64,000 bases of DNA from a virus: IMG/VR virus record IMGVR_UViG_3300045241_000115, positions 1-64,000 of that record; one strand, given 5' to 3'. The notes beneath the pieces were generated by a model that was not told the DNA's origin, did not search any database, and worked only from the letters and a program-made list of their open reading frames with translations. Numbering within the stretch: position 1 is the stretch's first letter; the number at the start of each line of letters is the position of its first letter. A program made the position numbers and the translations under genes. Of this stretch, positions 17,545-27,251 are shown piece by piece.

Positions 17545-19657
17545 GGGCCATCCTTTCGATCTTGTCGTCTAATTGCGCGATGGCGCGGAACAGGTGCGCC
17601 ATCATCGTCAGCGGATCGAGGAACTCTTTGCCGGTGGGGCTTTCGCTGTCCGGCCCGACCACAACAGCATCGGGGATCGTCTCGCGCAGTTGCTCGACGA
17701 TGAACCCATGCTCTACGTGTCCACCGCCCGCGATCCAGTCGAAGGCGTTCGTCGGCGTCGCGCAGATCGCGCGCAAACTGTCAAAAGAGCCTGCGGCGCG
17801 CACGTTGGTTTTGCGATCCAGGGTGGAGGACGGGTAATAGACCGGCACCAGCACAAAGAGGCCGTTGTTTGCCAGAGACATCAGGTGGCCGCCGCCGCCT
17901 TGGTAATTTCCGCCGCCATCCATGTGACCGAAGTTCATTTGGTTGACGACCTGGAACCCCATCGCATTGCCGTCGCCCACGCTCCATGCGGTGACGGTCG
18001 GCTGCTGCCCCGGATTGCCCAAGGACATGAGGCGTCCGTTGTGGCTCGTGATCGAATTGTTGCAATTCAGGTTGCCGTCGAACTGCCCATCGCCATACGA
18101 GCGGATGTATTGCGCATAGGCGCCGGCGCTACAGTTGAAAGTGGAGTCGATTTGCGCCGCGCCGTGGATGATCAGTCCGGTGTTCGAGATGATGTTGCCG
18201 CCGGCGAGGAACTGTCCGTTGACAGTCTCGTTGCCCCAGATCTGCGAATAGCTTGCATAGAGCTGATAGCAGGAAATCTGGCCACTGACGTCGAAGTTGG
18301 CGCAATGCAGACTGCCTGCGACATAAAAGCTGCCGTTGCACTGGCCAGACCCGTAGAGCGTCATATAGCCGTTGTTGTCGAACACGGTGTCGGCGCGCGT
18401 CGGATTGCCAGAGCCGTCCATCTGGCCGAGCCACAAACCGCTGCCATCGACCCACATCCCCTTGGCGACGCCAGCGCTCGTGCTGTAAGCACAGACCGAT
18501 GGCGCGCCACCAAGGCTCAATATCCGCGAGCCGTAGGCGCGGATCGCTCCTGACACCTGGAAGTTCGCGACACCGTCGAGGAACATCGACTGGCCGCCGG
18601 CGCAATACCATGTGCGGTTGCCTGTCTGGCCGTCCCAGCTATCGAACCATGAGCCGGCCCACTGTCGGTAACGGAAGCGGCCATCCCAGAAGTTGATGAA
18701 GTCGCCGACATTCGCGAACCACACGCTCGATCGAAAGCCGGAGGCCGCGGCCACATACAGGCCGGAGTTGATGTTCAACTGTCCGCTGAGTGTGCCGCCC
18801 GTGAGCGGCAGATAGTTGCCGACGAGCGTGTTGCTCCATCCGACCGTCGCGAGCTGGCCAACATAGACGCCATCGACCGCGGCGACGACGAACGAGCTGT
18901 CCCAGCCGAACGCTGTGCGGTGCGACAGGAAGTTGCCGCCGAGGCCGGGATAGTTGATGCCCTGGCCGCCGACGCCGAGCGGTCCCGTCATCTGGCCGCC
19001 GGCGATCGGCACGTAGGGAAGCAGAGCGCCGCCCACGGTCGGCGGGCGCGAAAAGTTCACGACGCCGGTCGCGCGATTGATCGACATCGGCGTGTCGAGA
19101 TAGGCGCCTGCGTCATTGAAGCTATTGATGTCGAGATTGCTGCCGGCGTTGGCTCCGACCTCGGGCGCGTTGTCGGGCAGCGATATCTGCCAGCGCGCAC
19201 TCGCTCCGGTGTAGCCATTGATGGAGGTATATTGCCCAGCCTGCCGGACGAGGTTCACGCTGCCCGACTGACCGGCCGGCGCTTGGATTTGCAGCGTCGG
19301 GGCGTTGATATAGAGCGGTCCCGTCAACGTGCCGCCAGTGAGAGGCAGGTAGCCGACACCGACCGCGCCTTGCGCGACCGTCGTGATCGCTTGACGGAAG
19401 TGCGTCTGCAGCGCCGCGAGACCGCCCGGCGTGCCGTCGTCCAGCATGTCCTGATTGATTTCGTCGGACGTGAACTGGCCGATCATGTGCGAGATCAGCG
19501 AAGCCTGCCGCCACACCTTGTTCAGTTGCACGCTGAGCGCGGTGCCCGTCGAAAACCCAAGCAGCCGCGCGGTGAAGCCCGCCGAGATATAGTCGGCCTG
19601 CGTCATCACGTTCGCTGCCGGGTCGCCGGCAAACGCCAGGAAGTCGTTCGTTGCCAT
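17537..19657 (-). CDS. Tail fibre with C-terminal S74-like chaperone
   Basis: MATNDFLAF..QLNKVWRQ anchor after DUF2612; YLPLTGGTL repeats; SSTLDRKTNV..HGFIVEQL..coiled coil. Confidence 0.85.
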   Translation of the reverse strand: MATNDFLAFAGDPAANVMTQADYISAGFTARLLGFSTGTALSVQLNKVWRQASLISHMIGQFTSDEINQDMLDDGTPGGLAALQTHFRQAITTVAQGAVGVGYLPLTGGTLTGPLYINAPTLQIQAPAGQSGSVNLVRQAGQYTSINGYTGASARWQISLPDNAPEVGANAGSNLDINSFNDAGAYLDTPMSINRATGVVNFSRPPTVGGALLPYVPIAGGQMTGPLGVGGQGINYPGLGGNFLSHRTAFGWDSSFVVAAVDGVYVGQLATVGWSNTLVGNYLPLTGGTLSGQLNINSGLYVAAASGFRSSVWFANVGDFINFWDGRFRYRQWAGSWFDSWDGQTGNRTWYCAGGQSMFLDGVANFQVSGAIRAYGSRILSLGGAPSVCAYSTSAGVAKGMWVDGSGLWLGQMDGSGNPTRADTVFDNNGYMTLYGSGQCNGSFYVAGSLHCANFDVSGQISCYQLYASYSQIWGNETVNGQFLAGGNIISNTGLIIHGAAQIDSTFNCSAGAYAQYIRSYGDGQFDGNLNCNNSITSHNGRLMSLGNPGQQPTVTAWSVGDGNAMGFQVVNQMNFGHMDGGGNYQGGGGHLMSLANNGLFVLVPVYYPSSTLDRKTNVRAAGSFDSLRAICATPTNAFDWIAGGGHVEHGFIVEQLRETIPDAVVVGPDSESPTGKEFLDPLTMMAHLFRAIAQLDDKIERMAHG

Positions 19658-19675
19658 TCCGGCGTGTCCCCTTGT

Positions 19676-20380
19676 TTATGTCGTCAGGACGACGATGCCC
19701 CAGGCCGCTTCATCAAATCCGCCCAGCGGACCGCCAGATGATGCAGGCACATCGAATGCAAAGATCGGCTGCGTCGAAAGCGTCGTCTCGATGAAGTTCG
19801 TCCGCACGCCGGAGGGTTTGATGGGAAAGTCCTGCTCCAACACAGCGAGAAGCAGCGAGCTGATCAGCGCGGACGGGATCAATATGTCCATCGCCATAAG
19901 CCCCGTCGGCGTGTCGCCGAGATCCTGGATCACTATGCCAGGAAACACCGCGTCGAGCTGATCGGCGATCTGCGACAGCGTGCCATCCCACTGGTTCGCA
20001 ATCGCCTGCAGCTTGAGCACCGCGCGATATGTCTCGTCGTCCAGCGCGACAAGGCCATCTGTCGGATCATACCGGCCCAGCCACACGCCCTGGTCGAAGC
20101 CCGTGCGCGGGCTGCTGCCGGGTGTGCCATCGAGACTGTCATCGAAGCTGAAGAAGACGCCCTTGATCGGCTGTTTGACGTAGCGCGTGCGGCCGATCCA
20201 CTGGCCGACAACATCGAGCTGAACGCCGACCGCGGTGTCCAGATCGAAGTCCGCCGTCAGCTTTGCCAGCATGTCCTGGGCGTCGACCAACGGCTGGATC
20301 AGCGCCGCGACGGTGTTCATGAACCGCGGCCGCGTCGAATGCCATGACGTGATCAGGCCGAGGTATTCTGCTAATGTCAT
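19676..20380 (-). CDS. DUF2612 baseplate protein
   Basis: FDLDTAVGVQLDVVGQWIGRTR, LDDETYR, NQWDGT. Confidence 0.85.
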   Translation of the reverse strand: MTLAEYLGLITSWHSTRPRFMNTVAALIQPLVDAQDMLAKLTADFDLDTAVGVQLDVVGQWIGRTRYVKQPIKGVFFSFDDSLDGTPGSSPRTGFDQGVWLGRYDPTDGLVALDDETYRAVLKLQAIANQWDGTLSQIADQLDAVFPGIVIQDLGDTPTGLMAMDILIPSALISSLLLAVLEQDFPIKPSGVRTNFIETTLSTQPIFAFDVPASSGGPLGGFDEAAWGIVVLTT

Positions 20381-20385
20381 CGACG

Positions 20386-20571
20386 ATGAACCGCGAGCAC
20401 ATTTCCCTCCTTGCCGCGCCGCTCTACGCCGCGTTGATCGTCACCGCTGGCGCCGAACGGCAGCCAATGACTGATGACTGGCACCTGATGGCGCAGGGCA
20501 TTGCCGTTCGCCGCGCGTTGCAGCTATGGCGCGAGACGTTAGGAAACGGTGATGATGACGTCGCTCGCTAG
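20386..20571 (+). CDS. Antisense small hypothetical protein
   Basis: Fills the gap between baseplate J and DUF2612. Confidence 0.45.
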   Translation: MNREHISLLAAPLYAALIVTAGAERQPMTDDWHLMAQGIAVRRALQLWRETLGNGDDDVAR

Positions 20572-21765
20572 ACAGGTCGCTTCCTGGAAAATGCTGATCG
20601 GGATGTTCGTCGTGCCGTAGGTGCCGGTCGTCGGCGTCGCAATCGTCATCGCCGTGATGTCGTAGGTGTTCGTCGCTCCCGTCGGCATCCCCGTCGCATC
20701 GCACAGGTTCGCCGGCAGCCACAGTTTGGAATAAATCACGCTCTCGCCCGATCCCATCTCGTTGATGAAGTCAGCGACCGTTTGCGAGATCGCCTGCCCA
20801 ATGATCGTTGAGTAGCCGTTCTTCGCGGTCAGCGTGATATGCACGCCGATCGGCACCGAGGTCGGGATATAGAAACCTATGTCGTGCGGCAGCCCGTAGA
20901 TGTCGTTGACCATCTCGCGCGTGCTGCCATACGTGTAGCAGCCGGGCGTCTTCTTCAGCACGATCGTCTGAGCGATCTGGATCGCATCGCCGCCACGCAC
21001 CACCATGCTGATGCTGTGCGGCGGCAGAGGGCCGACGCCGGGCGGCGGCGCGCTGCCGGTATAGTCATTGTTCGTGTCGTTCTCGTAGCCCTTGACCGCG
21101 ATCACGCCATCCAGGCCAGCGATCGCGCCGATGATGCCGGAAAGCACCGACAGCGCAGGCAATGCGGTGGACTGGCTCTGCCGGACGCGAAGCTGCGCAT
21201 CCGTCTCCAGCGGTGCTCCCGGCGTCGCAGCGGCCGGGTTCGAAGCGCTCTGCCAGCCAAGCGTCACCGTTGCGATGCGCGATATGTCTCCCGGCGGCGC
21301 GGTCACCGCGCCAAGCGTCTGACACGTCGCCGTCACTGTGATCGCCCCGGAGGGCGGGATCGTCACGGACGGCGGCAAGGCCCAGTTGTTCGATGGCGTG
21401 TCCTGCACGATGCCGTTGGTGATCACCGATCCAGCGGTGCCGATCAGCAGCAGCGCCGCCGTGGAATTCGTCGGCACATGACGCGCCATGCCGTTGATTT
21501 TGACGTTGGACGACAACCCGACGCCCTGCGCCGTCGTGGGACTAAAACTGTTGTAGACCGCAGCGCAGGCGGAGTTGACGTCGCTGAGCGCAAGCGAGAA
21601 CACGCCGATCAATTGGCCGTCCTGGCTGTCGTTGGAAACAACGATGTCGCCGCCGTAGATCGCCTGAAACTGACCGATCAGGAAAGACTGGATGTCAGCG
21701 AAGCTCGGCGCGTGAAAGCCGCTCGCATCGACATAAGCCGAGGTGGGAGAGATCGTTCCCGACAT
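20539..21765 (-). CDS. Baseplate J/gp47 family protein
   Basis: DSQDGQLIG, ETDAQLRVRQ, YENDT, PHSI. Confidence 0.9.
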   Translation of the reverse strand: MSGTISPTSAYVDASGFHAPSFADIQSFLIGQFQAIYGGDIVVSNDSQDGQLIGVFSLALSDVNSACAAVYNSFSPTTAQGVGLSSNVKINGMARHVPTNSTAALLLIGTAGSVITNGIVQDTPSNNWALPPSVTIPPSGAITVTATCQTLGAVTAPPGDISRIATVTLGWQSASNPAAATPGAPLETDAQLRVRQSQSTALPALSVLSGIIGAIAGLDGVIAVKGYENDTNNDYTGSAPPPGVGPLPPHSISMVVRGGDAIQIAQTIVLKKTPGCYTYGSTREMVNDIYGLPHDIGFYIPTSVPIGVHITLTAKNGYSTIIGQAISQTVADFINEMGSGESVIYSKLWLPANLCDATGMPTGATNTYDITAMTIATPTTGTYGTTNIPISIFQEATCLASDVIITVS

Positions 21766-22233
21766 TCACCACACTCCGGCTCTGATCGCGACATGGAACT
21801 CTGTGATGTCCACGCGCCCTGGCATCGTCAGATCCGCCGGCGTCATGGAGACGCGCGTGCCGCTCGTTGCAAGAATGCCCACCGTTGTTGCAATCGGCAC
21901 GCCTGTCGGTGCAGCGAGCGGGACGGGCGCGGCGCGTAGCGTGATCGGCACGTCGGGCGCAGCGAGCGGGGCGGGTGCGGCGCGTAGCGCGAAGCGCAAC
22001 ACGACGGGAGGGGCGGGCACCACAAGACGCAGCACGGGCGGCGGTTGGGCGGGCGCTGCAATGGGCGCCGCGCGCCGCCTGACAGGCCGTGGGGGCGGCG
22101 TGACAATCGCAGGGGCGATCAAACGCAGACGCGGCTCCGGGGCGCGTAGCGCAGGCCTGGGCAGCGCGCGGGGCACGTCACGAGCGCGCGCCACTCTGCT
22201 CGCCGGCGCCGGCGCCAACACGACGAGCGGCAT
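21766..22233 (-). CDS. Pro/Ala-rich protein sharing a C-terminal motif with the upstream baseplate gene
   Basis: TAATG coupling; LRAAPxPLAAP repeat; MTPADLT..DI..F..AGxW. Confidence 0.55.
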   Translation of the reverse strand: MPLVVLAPAPASRVARARDVPRALPRPALRAPEPRLRLIAPAIVTPPPRPVRRRAAPIAAPAQPPPVLRLVVPAPPVVLRFALRAAPAPLAAPDVPITLRAAPVPLAAPTGVPIATTVGILATSGTRVSMTPADLTMPGRVDITEFHVAIRAGVW

Positions 22234-22760
22234 TACCAGCGTCCCGCCTCGAGGCGCTGGATTGCGAAGTCCCGAATATCGCTGCGCGGGCCTTGCGTCA
22301 GATCGGCAGGCGTCATGCCGATCGACGTCCCGCCTGTCACGCCGAGCTGCTGCGCGTTGATGATCGGCGCCGCCGCGGCCGCGGGAAGGGGAGGGACCGT
22401 TCCCGGCAGCCGGGCCGCCGCGAGAGCGACCGCGCCGTACACCGTGTCGATCGTCATGCGCGCCGTCCAGTCGCGCGCCTCGCCATCCATCACGGAGTAA
22501 TAGTTCGCGATGCCGATCACGTTCGGCGTCGTCTGCACGCGCTCGCGTACAACGATGTCGCGCGTCGCCGACGTGCGCTCGCCAAGCACCTGCGTCGACC
22601 AGGGCGTGCCGTCGGACGTGTCAGCGAACCATTCGCCCTGACCAAGCCGCAACCGCGTCATTACCCATTGGCCGACGCCCTCGGGCTGATTAATGAAAAA
22701 GTTGCCCTGGCCTTGGCCGAACGTCATGTCGCCGTTCGCATCGAGGCGGCGGTATCTCAT
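22233..22760 (-). CDS. Baseplate wedge protein (gp46/gp25-like) with C-terminal extension
   Basis: MRYRRLDANGDMTFG..RL.L..GEWF.D..GTPW..IDTVYG. Confidence 0.8.
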   Translation of the reverse strand: MRYRRLDANGDMTFGQGQGNFFINQPEGVGQWVMTRLRLGQGEWFADTSDGTPWSTQVLGERTSATRDIVVRERVQTTPNVIGIANYYSVMDGEARDWTARMTIDTVYGAVALAAARLPGTVPPLPAAAAAPIINAQQLGVTGGTSIGMTPADLTQGPRSDIRDFAIQRLEAGRW

Positions 22761-22909
22761 CTGCGTTTGATGCCGACGTAGCGCGAGACGACCTGGCGCA
22801 CGGCATGACAGCCGCGGCACGGCCGGAACACGGCCGTCCACGCAGGCCGCTTTGGCGGCTGCGCGACGAATGCTGGCTTTGGGTGGGATTTAGCAGGCGG
22901 TTCGTTCAT
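22757..22909 (-). CDS. Small hypothetical protein (50 aa)
   Basis: Manual translation MNEPPAK..CRGC..; GAGG RBS; ATGA overlap. Confidence 0.4.
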   Translation of the reverse strand: MNEPPAKSHPKPAFVAQPPKRPAWTAVFRPCRGCHAVRQVVSRYVGIKRR

Positions 22910-22996
22910 AGCTCGTCCTCATCCGAAGGAGGCGGGCGATCCGCGGTGCACGCGATGATGATCAGCATCAGCACAACGATGCCGACGTAGAGGATT

Positions 22997-23716
22997 TTAT
23001 GACCCGCCGATCGGCGGCGGTTCGCCAGCGGTGTGACGATGCGTCGTCAAGCCGACCGAGCCGCCGCTGCCGAATTTGCCGGTCACTTCACCCTTGCATT
23101 CGATGCGACCGGTGACCGTCACCTTCGGGCAGTCCAGCACGATCTCGTTCGCGCTTTTGACCGTCACCTTGCCGCCCTGCGGATCAAGCTCCACGAGCAG
23201 CATACCGTCGTCGCTGCGGAGCTGCACCGTCGTCGCGGAAACTGGCGCTCCTGAGTTGCGCAGCAGGTCGGAGCCACCGCCCGGTACTTTGGGCTGACTG
23301 CGTAGCCCGACATGGGCGACGGCGTCCGTGATGTCGTGCATGCGCCAGTCGCTCGGCTTCTGGACGCCTCCCTGCTGGTGCCAGTTGTCGATGCTGCGCT
23401 CGCTGAAAGACAGCCAGCATTCATCGCCGGCCTTGACAGGGAAGCTCAGCATGTGGCCGCCGCCGCCAGGGAAGTGCACGGGCACGTCGGGGATGTTGGC
23501 AATCGTCAGCGGTGTGATCGTGCCGTCCGTGTTTCTTTGGAAAGCCTGCAGCGCGGGCTGGACGACAGCGGTCAGCTTCGTCGCGTCGTAACTGACGATC
23601 ACGCCCGGCATCCCGGTGTGGATTTGCGACTGGCGGCCGTCCAGATGCGTCTGCGTCGCCTCGAACTGATCGATGCCGCGTTGCCGCCATTCCAACGGAG
23701 GCGCTGAACCGCTCAT
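22997..23716 (-). CDS. Baseplate spike (Gp138-like)
   Basis: DVPVHFPGGGG..FPVKAGDEC..ERSIDNW..RMHDITD; terminal HRH. Confidence 0.85.
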   Translation of the reverse strand: MSGSAPPLEWRQRGIDQFEATQTHLDGRQSQIHTGMPGVIVSYDATKLTAVVQPALQAFQRNTDGTITPLTIANIPDVPVHFPGGGGHMLSFPVKAGDECWLSFSERSIDNWHQQGGVQKPSDWRMHDITDAVAHVGLRSQPKVPGGGSDLLRNSGAPVSATTVQLRSDDGMLLVELDPQGGKVTVKSANEIVLDCPKVTVTGRIECKGEVTGKFGSGGSVGLTTHRHTAGEPPPIGGS

Positions 23717-24048
23717 GTCTCTGTCACCCAGTACACGTGACTGCCCGTGCCAAGATTGGCGAAGGTGGGCACGCGCGCGCCGTGCGCGTCGCCATCCGTC
23801 GCGACGAGCATGATGCCGCCCAGCGCGAGATATTCGTACTGGGCCAAAAGGTCCGCGCCGATCACCAGAGGAATGCCGCAGACGATGGGCGCGCCGTACG
23901 TGTCAGCGATATCGACCGTCCAGCCGCAGCCGCCGGCGGCCGTCGTGTCGCGGTAGACGAACGTGAGCTCGTAGCGCACGCCAGACAGCACGATGCCGAA
24001 GTTCACCGGCGAGTTCGTCAGCGGGATCTCGGCGTACTGAAAAGCCAT
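23713..24048 (-). CDS. Baseplate plug-like protein
   Basis: EIPL..GIPLVIGADLLAQYEYL..PTFANLG. Confidence 0.75.
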   Translation of the reverse strand: MAFQYAEIPLTNSPVNFGIVLSGVRYELTFVYRDTTAAGGCGWTVDIADTYGAPIVCGIPLVIGADLLAQYEYLALGGIMLVATDGDAHGARVPTFANLGTGSHVYWVTET

Positions 24049-24806
24049 CAGAACAGCCCCGGCAGCAGGCCGTGCAGCGCTTGCATGCCCTTCTGCTTCA
24101 GATCGGCGAGCGGCGTCGATGTGCGCTCCGTTGGCGTGTCCGTCTTCTTGTCAGGCGCAGCAGTCGTCGCCTGCGTGGACTCTGGCTTTGCCTGATCGGA
24201 TTGCGCGGGCTGTGTCGTCGTCTGTGTCTCGACGATGAACACTTCCTGCATGTGACACTCGATCATCAGGCTGTATTCGGTCGTGTGGTCCGTCCGAACG
24301 CCAAGCTCGACGATCACCATGTTCTCGTAGGTACGCTTGCCAGTCGTCAGTTGAAACGGCTGGACGGGATTGCCGCCCTTCGCCGCTTCTTCCTTGTCGT
24401 ATTGCAGCTTGATCAGGCCGTCGTAGATGTCCCTGACGCGCTGCTCCGTTGCCGATGACAGCAGTCCCTTGCCGGCGCCCAGCAGGCCGCCGCCGATGTT
24501 CTCGAAGCCGCCTCCCGCCTGAAAGCCCTGGACTGCTGACCCGACGGGATTGGCGTTCGTCCAGCCCATGCGCATCGTCACCGTCGCAGGCAGCTTGAAC
24601 GCATGATCGGAGACGGGCGATCCGCGCGCGACGGGATGCTGCGTCACCTGCAACCGATCGCTGTGCTGCTCTTCAATCGTCACGTCGGGGATTATCGCCC
24701 CGACCCTGCGCGTGTTGCGGATGAACGCGGGCATCAGTCCCGCAGCGGACAACCCTTGCTGCGCGAAGGATGCGCCTGTGGAGAGGCCGGCGAGCAGTCC
24801 GCTCAT
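24048..24806 (-). CDS. Baseplate/tail tube initiator (Dit-like)
   Basis: PDVTIEEQHSD..TQHPV..SDHAF, TGKRTYENM. Confidence 0.8.
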   Translation of the reverse strand: MSGLLAGLSTGASFAQQGLSAAGLMPAFIRNTRRVGAIIPDVTIEEQHSDRLQVTQHPVARGSPVSDHAFKLPATVTMRMGWTNANPVGSAVQGFQAGGGFENIGGGLLGAGKGLLSSATEQRVRDIYDGLIKLQYDKEEAAKGGNPVQPFQLTTGKRTYENMVIVELGVRTDHTTEYSLMIECHMQEVFIVETQTTTQPAQSDQAKPESTQATTAAPDKKTDTPTERTSTPLADLKQKGMQALHGLLPGLF

Positions 24807-27247
24807 GCGAGCCGCGACTGTGAGTAGCGCGTCTGGAAGTCGAATACGCGCGTCATCTCAGCATAAACCTTGTGCCCAGCGAGAGTCGGATCGGGCGACT
24901 GCACGACGATCGAGGCGGTGTTGTTGACCGCAAGTTGCCTGCCGCCCGGTCCATCGGCAGCGGAAGTCTGTCGTCTTGCGTTTGACGGCAGCCGAGAAAT
25001 TTCCAAGGTGGAGCGTCCGTGCTGCCATGGATCTGCGGCGCGAAGATTGCCCGACGATGCCTCATAGAACCCGCCCCAATTGTGCATCGCCAGCGCCTCG
25101 CGCCAGCGCGCGAATGCGGGATTGTTATTTAGTTCATAGACCATGAATTGGAGCTGCGTTTCCCGTTCCCTGGGGTCCATCTTTCGTTGGTTGGCGAATG
25201 CTTCGAGCGCTTTGTGGCGCGATCCAGTCCATTGCGCCAATCCGACCGCATCGGTCCCGCCGACATCATAAGCGCCGCCACCGAACCGAATGTCTGAGCG
25301 CAGGCCACTCTCAAACTTCATCGCTGAAACGATCTCGGAGGCTTGCTCTGGTGGGATGTTCAATCGCTGCGCGATATCGTCGCGCAAGTCCGCCGCGCTC
25401 ATCGCCTGCTGCGTCGTCATCGGACCGCCGCCAGTCAGCGCGCTGCCTGCCTGCGCGACGCCGCCGGCCGCTGCCGCTTGCTCCGGCGTCAACCCAGCCG
25501 CCAGACCTTCTGATGCGTCCTGAAACACCATCTCATTGTGTCGGATCAGCTCGCCGATGCCTTCGGCGGTTTCCTTCCCCCACTTTCCGATGGTTTCAAG
25601 GATGCCGATCGTCTTCTTATCCGTCTTGGTGACGGGAGCCTTCGTCTCATCCACGGTCCCATACGCAGGCCCAGACGAATTGTCAGTGGAGAACAGAGGG
25701 AACGTGCGTTTCAGCCAACCACCGATGCCCTCGGCTATCGTTTTGCCGGTGATCAGTCCCGGCTCCGGCCCTTGCCCCTCGCGCGACTTATCCGGCGCTG
25801 GCGGCGGCTTGCCTCCCCATGTCCCGCCTGTCGGCCTGCCATACTCATCGACCACCGGCGCGTTCATATGACCAGCAAGGCCGCCGAGGCCGAGCATCGC
25901 AAGAATTCCCGCCAGCACTCCGCCGCCAGCGGTCGTGAACAGCAAGCCGAGTCCTCTAACTGCCCATGAGAGTCCTCGGATCGACCCGGTAACCATGTTG
26001 ACCTTGGGAACAAGTCCAAGGAAGAAGGCGGCAATGCCAGCACCCAGGAGCCACTCGAAGGCGCCCTTGAGGCCCGTCATGCTCTCTACCCAATCGTCGA
26101 ACTCCTTGACCATCGGAGTCACGGACTTGGCTATCTTGTCGAAACCGCCCCAATCGAATGCCGTCTTGACCGTGCTGCCAGTCTCTTGGTTCTTCTGCCA
26201 TTGCTGGTAATCGTCCAGCGCGAGCATAAACAATGTGAACAACGCGAGGAACCGCCCGAGTGGCGAGGACAGCAGTTGGATGCCGACCTTCAACGCGAGC
26301 ATTGCTTCCGCCGCGTCCTTGACCGCAGGCGGCAGCTTGCCGATCCAATCGATCGTGTTGATCAGCAGATCGATCCAGGTGCCCAGCGCGGTGATGAAGC
26401 CGCGCAGGAAGGCAATCGCATCCGGTGCGTAGCGGATGATCAGATTGAACAGCGCCTCGAGATGCGGCTGCATCTGCAACAGCGACTTGTTCAGCTTGTC
26501 GATGTCGGGACCGATCGCGGTGAACAGGCGAAGTGCGAACTTCTGCGTCAGCGTCTCGAAGAACAACCCCATCGTGTTGAACTTCTGGACCATCGCGTTG
26601 GATGCCTCGCCGTAGGCATCCGTCTGTTGCTTCAATCTGCTCCTGACATCGCCGCGTGAGCCGCCTCCGCCGACACCCCAGATCTGCGCTTGCAGCCTTT
26701 CGTTCTGCTGGGCGTACTGCGCATAGCGAGGATCGGCGATCGCGCGCATCTGGCGCTCGTCCAATCCCATCATCTGCGCGTATTGCAGCGCGATCGCATA
26801 GGCGGTCGTGCCGGGGCGGTTGGCGCCCATCGCGGACAGCCGGCGCCCGAGCTGCTCAAGCTGCAGGTCGGTTTCGGTGGCCGTCACGCCAAGCGTGCGC
26901 ATGAAGCCCGTCGCGGCCGCGCCCATGCTGCGCTGCCATGAGCCGAACCGCTCCATCGCCGACTGCGCCTCCGACGTGGAGACGCCCAGGTTCGCCATCG
27001 CGAAACTGGCACCTTGTATGGCGGCGATGGACGTGTTGAGCCGCTGGCTCGCCCAATAGAGCGCGTCGCCGTGCTGCGCGAGCTTCTTGGTGATCTCCAC
27101 CAGGCCGACCGACAGGCCGACGAGTTCCGTCGTCACGCCGCCGATGGATGACGCGACGCGTTTCAGATTGTTGAGGAAGTTCTGCTGGCTTGGCTGGTCG
27201 ATCGTGTATTTGACGTTGACCAGGAATTCTTCGAGCGTCTGTGCCAT
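24803..27247 (-). CDS. Tape measure protein with C-terminal tail lysozyme domain
   Basis: LEEFLV N-terminus; ESGL..GLAQWTGSR..L..QLQFMVYEL. Confidence 0.8.
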   Translation of the reverse strand: MAQTLEEFLVNVKYTIDQPSQQNFLNNLKRVASSIGGVTTELVGLSVGLVEITKKLAQHGDALYWASQRLNTSIAAIQGASFAMANLGVSTSEAQSAMERFGSWQRSMGAAATGFMRTLGVTATETDLQLEQLGRRLSAMGANRPGTTAYAIALQYAQMMGLDERQMRAIADPRYAQYAQQNERLQAQIWGVGGGGSRGDVRSRLKQQTDAYGEASNAMVQKFNTMGLFFETLTQKFALRLFTAIGPDIDKLNKSLLQMQPHLEALFNLIIRYAPDAIAFLRGFITALGTWIDLLINTIDWIGKLPPAVKDAAEAMLALKVGIQLLSSPLGRFLALFTLFMLALDDYQQWQKNQETGSTVKTAFDWGGFDKIAKSVTPMVKEFDDWVESMTGLKGAFEWLLGAGIAAFFLGLVPKVNMVTGSIRGLSWAVRGLGLLFTTAGGGVLAGILAMLGLGGLAGHMNAPVVDEYGRPTGGTWGGKPPPAPDKSREGQGPEPGLITGKTIAEGIGGWLKRTFPLFSTDNSSGPAYGTVDETKAPVTKTDKKTIGILETIGKWGKETAEGIGELIRHNEMVFQDASEGLAAGLTPEQAAAAGGVAQAGSALTGGGPMTTQQAMSAADLRDDIAQRLNIPPEQASEIVSAMKFESGLRSDIRFGGGAYDVGGTDAVGLAQWTGSRHKALEAFANQRKMDPRERETQLQFMVYELNNNPAFARWREALAMHNWGGFYEASSGNLRAADPWQHGRSTLEISRLPSNARRQTSAADGPGGRQLAVNNTASIVVQSPDPTLAGHKVYAEMTRVFDFQTRYSQSRLA

Positions 27248-27251
27248 CGTC

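Noticed and set aside
22906-22996. Hydrophobic lipoprotein-like frame (ILYVGIVVLMLIIIAC..) as a spanin
   Set aside because: No convincing start codon or RBS was found upstream of the hydrophobic stretch.
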